A stretch of 64,000 bases of DNA from Eutreptiella sp. 'Long Island Sound 2002'. Its lineage: Eukaryota; Protista; Euglenida. Shown piece by piece: positions 34,701-45,072 of this stretch. Position 1 is the stretch's first letter. Every line of letters starts with the position of its first letter. The notes under the pieces are model-generated. The model did not search any database. It had not been told where the DNA came from and was given only the letters and a program-made list of their open reading frames with translations. The DNA lies in the NCBI GenBank assembly GCA_964036045.1, contig OZ038378.1:168392001-168456000 (forward strand), written 5' to 3'. A program made the translations under genes and the position numbers.

Positions 34701-37700
34701 CAGCGGCACGCGTACTTGCGTAAGAGGGCAAGAGAGGCGAGTAGTGTTACCCCCCCCCCCCTTTGTATAAGCTACGCCCTTGTCCAAGCTACAGTAGGCG
34801 CAGGGACCGTATTAATTTGGGACTTTGGCGTAGCTTATACAAGGGGGGGGGGGTAGTAGCGAAGAAGCAGTTTGTAGATCCAGCAAACTGTTGGAACATG
34901 CCGCGGCCGTGGGAAGCATACCCTAATGGCTGTCCATACCTCTGTCGGGAGTCTGGGGATGGTGATCTAACACCCCTCTCCCCCCCGTGTCTAGGAACTG
35001 CCTTGCGCAAGAACCGCCCCCTGGTTCCACGTTCGAATTCTCGCACTCCTTTTTTCTACTGCAGAGTTGTACTTTTCGTGGTTCTGGTGGATGCAGAACA
35101 GCTATTCAGCTGTGCAGGACAACATTTCATGTGTATTGCATGGTTTGTGGTATTTGGAAGGTCATATTTGCTTTTGTATCACCTCTTGGCAGCCTGCGCA
35201 GGAACCAACCCCTGGTTCCGCGGTCGAACATTGCTGGTTCCTCGACAAGGGGGGGCGGGGGTGCTTTTTCCGCCATTAAGGCCCAGCCACAACGGCCGAG
35301 CACTTGCGAGGCACATTGTAAGTCTGAGTTTTTTTTTTTACAAAAAGAAAAAGTACCAAAACACAACCGCATGATGCGCGTATTCATGCATCGGATTCGT
35401 TTTCTTCGGGTCAACTCATAACAAGGCGATTGCACAGGCACGGCCGTGTGGAGCTGCGGAGTCGATTTCTTATTGAGTTGCGTTCGGATGCAATGTCCCC
35501 TTCCTTCCTTCCATGCCCGCCAGCAACCTCCCCCCCCGCCCCATCCATCCTGAAACCCCAGCCAGTGCGTGCACCCGAAAGTATTCAGCGGCACGCGTAC
35601 TTGCGTAAGAGGGCAAGAGAGGCGAGTAGTGTTACCCCCCCCCCCCTTTGTATAAGCTACGCCCTTGTCCAAGCTACAGTAGGCGCAGGGACCGTATTAA
35701 TTTGGGACTTTGGCGTAGCTTATACAAGGGGGGGGGGGTAGTAGCGAAGAAGCAGTTTGTAGATCCAGCAAACTGTTGGAACATGCCGCGGCCGTGGGAA
35801 GCATACCCTAATGGCTGTCCATACCTCTGTCGGGAGTCTGGGGATGGTGATCTAACACCCCTCTCCCCCCCGTGTCTAGGAACTGCCTTGCGCAAGAACC
35901 GCCCCCTGGTTCCACGTTCGAATTCTCGCACTCCTTTTTTCTACTGCAGAGTTGTACTTTTCGTGGTTCTGGTGGATGCAGAACAGCTATTCAGCTGTGC
36001 AGGACAACATTTCATGTGTATTGCATGGTTTGTGGTATTTGGAAGGTCATATTTGCTTTTGTATCACCTCTTGGCAGCCTGCGCAGGAACCAACCCCTGG
36101 TTCCGCGGTCGAACATTGCTGGTTCCTCGACAAGGGGGGGCGGGGGTGCTTTTTCCGCCATTAAGGCCCAGCCACAACGGCCGAGCACTTGCGAGGCACA
36201 TTGTAAGTCTGAGTTTTTTTTTTTACAAAAAGAAAAAGTACCAAAACACAACCGCATGATGCGCGTATTCATGCATCGGATTCGTTTTCTTCGGGTCAAC
36301 TCATAACAAGGCGATTGCACAGGCACGGCCGTGTGGAGCTGCGGAGTCGATTTCTTATTGAGTTGCGTTCGGATGCAATGTCCCCTTCCTTCCTTCCATG
36401 CCCGCCAGCAACCTCCCCCCCCGCCCCATCCATCCTGAAACCCCAGCCAGTGCGTGCACCCGAAAGTATTCAGCGGCACGCGTACTTGCGTAAGAGGGCA
36501 AGAGAGGCGAGTAGTGTTACCCCCCCCCCCCCCCTTGTATAAGCTACGCCCTTGTCCAAGCTACAGTAGGCGTAGGGACCGTATTAATTTGGGACTTTGG
36601 CGTAGCTTATACAAGGGGGGGGGGGGGTAGTAGCGAAGAAGCAGTTTGTAGATCCAGCAAACTGTTGGAACATGCCGCGGCCGTGGGAAGCATACCCTAA
36701 TGGCTGTCCATACCTCTGTCGGGAGTCTGGGGATGGTGATCTAACACCCCTCTCCCCCCCGTGTCTAGGAACTGCCTTGCGCAAGAACCGCCCCCTGGTT
36801 CCACGTTCGAATTCTCGCACTCCTTTTTTCTACTGCAGAGTTGTACTTTTCGTGGTTCTGGTGGATGCAGAACAGCTATTCAGCTGTGCAGGACAACATT
36901 TCATGTGTATTGCATAGTTTGTGGTATTTGGAAGGTCATATTTGCTTTTGTATCACCTCTTGGCAGCCTGCGCAGGAACCAACCCCTGGTTCCGCGGTCG
37001 AACATTGCTGGTTCCTCGACAAGGGGGGGCGGGGGTGCTTTTTCCGCCATTAAGGCCCAGCCACAACGGCCGAGCACTTGCGAGGCACATTGTAAGTCTG
37101 AGTTTTTTTTTTTACAAAAAGAAAAAGTACCAAAACACAACCGCATGATGCGCGTATTCATGCATCGGATTCGTTTTCTTCGGGTCAACTCATAACAAGG
37201 CGATTGCACAGGCACGGCCGTGTGGAGCTGCGGAGTCGATTTCTTATTGAGTTGCGTTCGGATGCAATGTCCCCTTCCTTCCTTCCATGCCCGCCAGCAA
37301 CCTCCCCCCCCGCCCCATCCATCCTGAAACCCCAGCCAGTGCGTGCACCCGAAAGTATTCAGCGGCACGCGTACTTGCGTAAGAGGGCAAGAGAGGCGAG
37401 TAGTGTTACCCCCCCCCCCCCCCTTGTATAAGCTACGCCCTTGTCCAAGCTACAGTAGGCGTAGGGACCGTATTAATTTGGGACTTTGGCGTAGCTTATA
37501 CAAGGGGGGGGGGGGTAGTAGCGAAGAAGCAGTTTGTAGATCCAGCAAACTGTTGGAACATGCCGCGGCCGTGGGAAGCATACCCTAATGGCTGTCCATA
37601 CCTCTGTCGGGAGTCTGGGGATGGTGATCTAACACCCCTCTCCCCCCCGTGTCTAGGAACTGCCTTGCGCAAGAACCGCCCCCTGGTTCCACGTTCGAAT

Positions 37701-38296
37701 TCTCGCACTCCTTTTTTCTACTGCAGAGTTGTACTTTTCGTGGTTCTGGTGGATGCAGAACAGCTATTCAGCTGTGCAGGACAACATTTCATGTGTATTG
37801 CATAGTTTGTGGTATTTGGAAGGTCATATTTGCTTTTGTATCACCTCTTGGCAGCCTGCGCAGGAACCAACCCCTGGTTCCGCGGTCGAACATTGCTGGT
37901 TCCTCGACAAGGGGGGGCGGGGGTGCTTTTTCCGCCATTAAGGCCCAGCCACAACGGCCGAGCACTTGCGAGGCACATTGTAAGTCTGAGTTTTTTTTTT
38001 TACAAAAAGAAAAAGTACCAAAACACAACCGCATGATGCGCGTATTCATGCATCGGATTCGTTTTCTTCGGGTCAACTCATAACAAGGCGATTGCACAGG
38101 CACGGCCGTGTGGAGCTGCGGAGTCGATTTCTTATTGAGTTGCGTTCGGATGCAATGTCCCCTTCCTTCCTTCCATGCCCGCCAGCAACCTCCCCCCCCG
38201 CCCCATCCATCCTGAAACCCCAGCCAGTGCGTGCACCCGAAAGTATTCAGCGGCACGCGTACTTGCGTAAGAGGGCAAGAGAGGCGAGTAGTGTTA

Positions 38297-38713
38297 CCCC
38301 CCCCCCCCCCCCTTGTATAAGCTACGCCCTTGTCCAAGCTACAGTAGGCGTAGGGACCGTATTAATTTGGGACCTAATTTTAATTCGGTACCAAATGTAG
38401 TGCAGCCACATAAGACATGGGTTTGGTGACAGATTTGCGACTCACATAGAGTCATGGACACATTTGTCATGAGTGTTTGCCCTTTTGCCCCAGATAGCTC
38501 TGATTTTGGGGATGTTTGTGCATTATTTGCCCCTTTCTTGCACCAGCTCACCATGCAATCCTCTCTTTTTGAACGTGGGTGCCCGGTGTTGGTAGTTGTA
38601 TGTGTCGCGCGAAAGCCACGCCCGTGTCCAAGCTACAGTTCAGCCGTCTAAGCAGTAGGCGTAGGGACCGTATTAATTTGGGACTTTGGCGTAGCTTATA
38701 CAAGGGGGGGAGG
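38297..38713. mobile_element. Full-length MITE family 1 copy (417 bp), TA TSD, terminating the array
   Basis: Same TIRs as the mini-MITE, but with two direct repeats (38322-38373 and 38618-38684) enclosing a ~245-bp interior. Confidence 0.85.
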
Positions 38714-39061
38714 TAGGAATGTTGAACCTCGCAGTTTGAGCAAGATTGGAATTGTTACCTTGGCACATGATACACTTGAATATGCTCCAAGGCATAATCC
38801 ATCTTGGGCCAGGGCTTGAAACGGGTACACCACCGCAACTTGTTGTGGGTTGTCGCCGCCAAGTCACTGGTCACTGGTCACCGGTCACCGGTATGTTGCC
38901 GCAGTCCAGTGGTTGATGCCTTGGCGCCGCAATTCACTTGTCGTGGTTTGTCTCCGCAATCCACTTGTTGTGGGCTGTCGCTGCATCCACTGGTTGTGGG
39001 CCTGTTGCACCTGGTTAGGGTTAGGCCATTGTGTGGTGTATCCCGCCCCCCTCCCCCCCAC

Positions 39062-39503
39062 AGGCCGGGTCGGTGCGGAGCAGCCCGATGTTGGGACTCG
39101 CCCCGTCCATCGGGGGGCGCATCGCGTCTCTTGTACTGAGCCCCGAAGACGATGCACAGTCCCCAAGTCAACCGGTTGCGACCGCCACAGCAATCGGTGC
39201 CGAAGAGAAAGCTGCCGGCCCCACTGTGGACAGGAAGTACCGCCTGGTGTACAGCAAATCGCATGGCACACTGCAGGACCCGGAGCAGAGGATGCCGGAG
39301 CCCTGGCCGCCCGCAGCAAATCGGGCCATAACTGGCGAATCCAGCTCGCTCAGCACTTAAAAGCCCTGCAGACCCCTGCACAAGAGTCGCAAGCAGTATG
39401 GAGACTGGCTCAGGAACGTAGAAACGCCTACAAGAGCACAAGTTGCGGTCAGCAGGGCGGGCCTGCAGGGTATTAGTTGCCCATGAGACCCCTCTTGTTG
39501 CGC
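39062..39503 (+). other. Duplicated 3' end of the kinase gene (copy of 24689-25130), open to the same stop codon, preceded by a new pyrimidine tract + CAG
   Basis: 442-bp alignment with 5 substitutions, all within 39189-39214. TCCCGCCCCCCTCCCCCCCACAG precedes GCCGGG at 39064. ATG at 39088, TAA at 39358-60. Confidence 0.9.
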
Positions 39504-40730
39504 ACATGAATGGGTTCTCTGTGGTATCAGGGGAAGAAAGCAGTGTCCCCTCTTTTTGTGAGGGGTAGGCCTGGTATACAGGTACTGTATGATAGTGCAC
39601 CGATGATGTAACATATGGCCGAGATGAGCTCACCTTCGCAGCTACCGGACTATGGCTATTGAAAGCAAAAAAGCCTTTTTTTCACGGGTGTGTCGTGTTT
39701 CGGTCACGTACAGCAAGCTCCTTTCAGGGGGGAACATGTGCATATACTCCCTCAGCGCCCGTTATGGTGCATCTTTGCTGATGTACATAGATAGTGGAGT
39801 ACCCCAACGAAGAAGGGGATGCATGAGAATTTGGCTGCGGCAAACACTCTGGACTAAGGGCTGAACTTGTCTATGGCGGGGACATTCAGCCGATCAGACC
39901 CAACCATTGCCTCCCCCCCTCACTGTCGCTTTCAGGGTCATCCCTATGGATCCCTATGTACATCTCTGTGGAATAAAAAAGAACAAATGCCCAACACACA
40001 CTCACCGGGCCCCCAACGGTGCCCAGTGCGGACTGGCACTGTGGAGGCACTCCTCTGGCAACCGCGTGTGAGCACCATACTGTCTCCAGGCCCCTGAATG
40101 GGCAAGATTCACAAAGGTTGCATAATTCCAAGCCCATGAATCATATTTGAACTCGCCATGCACATCTAAGCATTTTGGGTACCCCCCCCCCCAAACGGGC
40201 CAAGAAACATTCGATAGCCCCTGACTGCGGTGAGCTCAAGGCAACATTGGGCCCTCGTTTGAGGTGTACTGCAAAGCAGAAGGTCAAACATTGAACTGAA
40301 GTTTGTGGCGATGACCATATGCCTGCGACACAGGGGCATATGTGAGCTTTGTATCCGTTGCTTTATGGCCGATGCCAATGGACCCCCCATCATGCCAATG
40401 GACCCCCGCCTTTGAATGAAGAGACATGGCCCCCCTCGCCAATGGACCCCCCTCTCAAAACAAGAATCACCCCCACCCCCCGAATTTTTCACCAAGTGGC
40501 ACACGAAGTGCCTTTTTTTGCATAGTTTCTTTGGTCTACAGTGGCATGTGATGGGCACACAACATTCTTGTGTTGGTGCAGAGGTACGCTTTGAGGCCTG
40601 TAGGTGGTGTGATAGGAAAGATTACGTGGGGTTTTGTGTTTTGTGCTGAATGCCTTGCCTCTTGCTCCCCTCTGCACCTTGCTTCACATCCCTAGAATGT
40701 CATGGTGCTGTCGTGTGGAAGTTGCTTGCC

Positions 40731-40920
40731 CCATGTGCCCTGCCCGCCCTGAGGCAAGGTGGTGCGGCATGTTGCCTTTCTTGCTCCCCAGTGGTGGCAC
40801 AGTGTGCCCTGCCCACCCTGAGGCAAGGTGGTGCAGTATATTGCCTTTGTGCGTCCTGTCACAGTGGTGGGACAATGTGCCCTACCCACCCTGAGGGAAG
40901 GTGGTGCAGTATTTTGCTTC
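40731..40920. repeat. Minisatellite, 3 units of ~72-76 bp (TGTGCCCTGCCCACCCTGAGGCAAGGTGGTGC core)
   Basis: Visible tandem copies. Confidence 0.85.
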
Positions 40921-42050
40921 TCTCGCTTTCACGTGCACGTGCAACGCCGGTTACTTCCCCACCGGGGGCAAACCAAACCACAACACAGGTTTTTAGGTTG
41001 TTATCCCAGGGCCCCATTTTGCTGTCACAGGCTCGGAATTTCGACTGTTTGCTTCCTCTCCTTGTGTTGCCTTTGTACAACCCAAGCCCAATCTTCTGTT
41101 GTATTTTCCTTGTCCGTGATGCCGTTGTACACGGTACTGTGAAGCATAGGAAGCAGTGTGCTGGGTTTTGAACGAGCTGTCACTGGTCATCAGTCAGTCA
41201 ATCAAACTGGATTCTTTGTGTGTTGCTAGTGTTGAGACATTTTGAAGCAAGCCTGGGGCCATCGGTTTCAACAATCATTGTTTGAAAAGTTGCAGTTGCA
41301 CTTTTTGTTGTGCTTGCCGTTATATGCTGCTGTGTGCAAAGAAGGAAAGGAACATTGAGGGTACACCAGAAAGGCCGCAAAGGTCGAGAACAACAAAAAA
41401 AGGCCAGGCTGAGCTCTACTAGTGTGGAAAAAGTGCAAGAAGTTGCCAATGTGAGCTCTACAGCCATCGCAAAGATGCAAGAGGTACAAACCTTATGTCC
41501 AGACCATGTTTGAAGCGACGGCACATGCTAAAACGTGGTTACATAAAGAATTTATCTAGACTTTCGATGGGAATTCGAGTCATCGGACCTCCTAGGCCCA
41601 TGCCAATGGGACCCCCTTCTCGAAAGAAGAAACATGGCCCCCTTGGCCAATGGACCCCCCTCTCGAAAGAGCAATCACAGCCCGGGCCATTGACACGGGG
41701 GGGGGGGGGGTACATGCATGGGGTCCATGGGAATCCTACGCGAAGGTCAACTGCGGACTATTGCACACACAATGGTATCACTGGTCTCTTGCACAGTTGG
41801 GATGGTTGAGATTCTGGCTCTCTTCTTTTGGGATCAAGTGCCCATCCATCGTCATCATCCATTTTGGAATTTCCAATCCGCGGATTCTCAGGCCAAAATC
41901 CCTTTCACACCCGACCAACGCCAAAACAGGTCAACTCTAAACGACTACAGACACAATGGTACAGATGGTTTTTGAAATCACCTCGAAGAGGGTTGTTAGA
42001 TTAAGCGCAGGTGCGTACGCCATATACCCCCCTTTTTGGCCTTTTTCACC

Positions 42051-42285
42051 CCTAGCCCGTCCACCCCGCCTGCGGGCCCCACCGCGCCCCGCCCCACCCT
42101 GCCCGCCCCGCCCCGCCCGCCCACTCCACTCCGCCCCCGCCCCGCCCCGCCCCCCTCCCTAGCCCGCCCCGCCCCGCCCCGCCCCGCCCCGCCCAATCCA
42201 CCCCGCCCCCGCCCGCCCGCCCCGTCTCGTCCCGCCCACCGCCCCGCCCCGCCCACCTGCCCCGCTCGCCCCGCCTTGGCCCTGG
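42051..42285. repeat. C-rich (CCCGCCCCG)n tract of the same family as 15445-16790
   Basis: Shares TCCACCCCGCCTGCGGGCCCCACCGCGCCCCGCC with 16352-16385. Confidence 0.85.
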
Positions 42286-42289
42286 ACTA

Positions 42290-44690
42290 CCACCCTCGGC
42301 AGGCCACCCTCCTGGCACCCCACCTCCGCGCCCTCAGCCCCTCACCAGTCTCCCCCCCCCCCCGCCACTGACGAGGAGCCCCTCACCGCGCCCCGTCCCC
42401 GTAGCCACCTCGCCATCGTCCCGCCGCCCCCCCCCCCCCCCCAGCCCGCCTACATATGCCTTCATTGTGGGACGCTCTCCCTCTACGCTGCGGTCCACAC
42501 CGGTCGTCCCCGCTGCCCCTACTGCCCCCACGCTGCATTCCTCTGCCCCAACCAGCTCCCACCGCCGCCCCCTCTGGAGCCTCTACATGCGGTCCTGCCA
42601 TCCTTGGTCGCCACGGCCAGCCACATTCCCGCCTCCGTACTATACGCTGCGCTCCCGGTCATCGCGGACTGGCTCAGCGCGCTCCCACGGGGCCTCCCGC
42701 CCTCGTTCTGGACGACCCCGCCCTTGCACACGGGCGACACATGGACGTCTTTTTGGGACGACCTCCCCTTGCAGTGCCCCGAATGGCAGCCCATGGACGC
42801 ATATGACCTGCACGCTGGCGCTACCTGCCTCTGGGATAGGTACAGCTGACCGCGGTCTACGTAGTCGCTCAGCACTGTCCCACTTGCGGCCGCCCTCGGC
42901 CGCACGATGCAGCGGTCCAGCCCCGAACCCGCCCCTACACAGTTGGCCCCACATGTTCTGCCCGCACCCGCGCGGCGCCCCCCCTTACTGCACCCGCGCG
43001 CTGGCGCCCCGGGGTGTCCTGTGGTTTCACGGCTTGCGCCCCACAGGATCTATCCCCGTTCAGGCCCTCCCTTGGTCCACCCACTGCGCCCCCCCCCCCC
43101 CCCCGCCCGCCCGTTATCCTGCGCCCCAAGCCGCCGTACGTCTACTCGCTGCCCGACCCCAACCCTCCCGACTCCGCCTACGTCTCCGATACCGCGCTCT
43201 CCGCCTGGTGCCATAATTTCGGGGCATTGGCACCCAGACCAGCTTGGCGCAAACCTGGTGGGACGCGCTTGACCCGACGTTATCGTCGGGCAGGAGTTGT
43301 GGGACCTGTCCACAGCGAAGGAAGCCCTGCCCGACAGGTACGAGGCACAATGGAGCACGGCGGACGGCGAAGGCACGGGCTTTGTCGTCGCATGGCAGTC
43401 TCTCCGCCAGCGCCCGTCACCAGCGGACTTGGTCTACGACGGGAGCAACTGGATTGCGGTCGTGGTCCCCATCTGGCACATCAGTCGGGTTTACATTGCC
43501 AATGTGCACCTCCACCCGCACCTCACATACCGGGCCTGGATGGTAGAAGTCAAGGCCATCACCCATCTCCCTGACCAGCTCGTGCCGGATTTGTCTCTCA
43601 CTTCAACTCCACCGACAGCCCACGCACCCCGCTCGCCACCGCGCTGTCCCCCACGGGCCGGCTACACACGTATCAGCGCGCCCTCCCCCCCAACACGCCC
43701 ACCAACCACACCACATCCAAGGGCCAGCGCCGGGCTACCCCCGTCGACCGTGTGTTCATCTTGGGCCCTGTCTCCGAAACGCAGCACCAATTGCTCTCGT
43801 TGCGCAGCACCCACGCCGGCATATGCGTCCAAGTGGTACTGCACACTCGCTCAGCGGACGCCTCCTTGTGGCGTCTCTTCTGGTGGCGCCGAGCGAACCC
43901 CCACGACATGGCGGCCATGACCAGTGCTCTAGATCTGGTGTGGGGCTGGCTCAGCCTCAGTGCCGCTCTCCCCGACGATTATGTCGCGGCGCTGCACGCC
44001 TTGGCACGCCAGCTGGTCCCTAGGCCCCCTGCGCTCGACTCCATCCTTCGCCGCCTCTCCGCCTGTCAATACCCCCTCACACGCCAACAACTGGCGGCCC
44101 AGCTGGAGGACCTACAAGCGGCCGCAGAGGCCCGAGGTTTCGAGGCCCGCGCCGCCGTTTTGGCGCGGACATCCATCACAGCAGCCACCCGCAGCGCCCT
44201 CCGGCTCCCGTCTCCACCCCTGGAGCCCTTCAGCGGGATCCAGCCGCATCCGACGGCGCGCCTCGCCACGTGGGAGGCCCGGCTGCAGGAGGTCGCCTCA
44301 CAGTCGGCGTCGCAAACGTGCCGACGGCACGTCTCATCCGATTTCGACTATTTCGAAAGCACGGTGCATCTCCTCCGCATGGGACACCCTCCGCGCCCCG
44401 GCCGACGAACTACCCCTGCCGCTGCTCCAAGACATGCTCCGCGCGGGTTACCACCCCACCTCCCCAGGCCAAGCGCGAGCGTACCTTTCTCACCTGAACT
44501 CCAGCCCCGTCTTCACGTCCGCGGCTCTCGCGCAACGGCGCACCGAGCGCCGCTCCCTCGCCGTCTCCGTGGACAACATCCCCCGCGCCCTCCTCTTCCG
44601 GTCTGGAGGAGGCACACATCAGGGCCTGCTTCACTGCATCCTGCAGGCTGAAGCCGGCACGGACACCGTCATGAACCACACAGTCCGACC
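42290..44690 (+). mobile_element. Decayed non-LTR retrotransposon (LINE) fragment: ORF1-like remnant, APE endonuclease, linker, start of the pre-RT region
   Basis: APE-like motifs across frameshifts: VYIANVHLHP, HFNS (GDFN-like), PVDRVFI, STHAGICVQV..LWRLF. SVDNIPRALL resembles RT domain 0 (GPDGIP). Truncated at a C-rich tract; no YxDD. Confidence 0.65.
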
Positions 44691-44845
44691 CGCCCGCCCA
44701 CCCCCCCGCCCACCCCTCCGCCCCGCCCGCCCGCCCCGCCCCGCCCCGCCCATCCCGCCCCTCCCCGCCCGCCCTGCCTGCCCGCCCCGCACGCCCTCCC
44801 CGCCCCCCCCCCCCCCGCCCATCCCGCCCGCCCCGCCCCGCCCAC
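44688..44845. repeat. C-rich (CCCGCCCCG)n tract at the LINE truncation point
   Basis: Visible low-complexity tract, same strand bias as 42051-42285. Confidence 0.85.
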
Positions 44846-45072
44846 CCAAGTGCTGTGGGTCCCTTGACCCTCTGGAGGTGATTGCGCTTTAAATGCAAAC
44901 TGGTTGAATCCACGCCGCACACGTCATGTGCATCGCACGCGAGGCATTCCACATGCGGCATCTGCCCTTCTGTCTCATTCCAAGCTTCACTCTTCTTTTG
45001 GTTGGAGACGACGGCCTTCAGTCTTGCCCCACACCGCCCGTGGGCCTCAGCACATGAGGTGCTGCATGGCTG

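Larger units (their letters stand above)
30784..38373. repeat. Tandem array of ~886-bp units (about 8.5 copies), near-identical, each carrying a 106-bp mini-MITE (family 1) and a ~293-bp MITE (family 2)
   Basis: Mini-MITE left ends recur near 31205, 32090, 32977, 33862, 34750, 35635, 36520, 37408 and 38297. Units differ mainly in homopolymer length and a few SNPs. Confidence 0.97.

Noticed and set aside
30784-38373. Array as a spliced-leader RNA / 5S rRNA / snRNA gene cluster or as CRISPR
   Set aside because: I could not recognise a 5S, SL-exon or U snRNA sequence on either strand (GTCTGAGTTTTTTTT and ATTGCAC are only short chance-level matches). Units are identical throughout, with no unique spacers.
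31139-38400. Recurrent 70-293 aa ORFs in the array
   Set aside because: They open and close with homopolymer length changes between units and contain no domain. They are by-products of the repeat.
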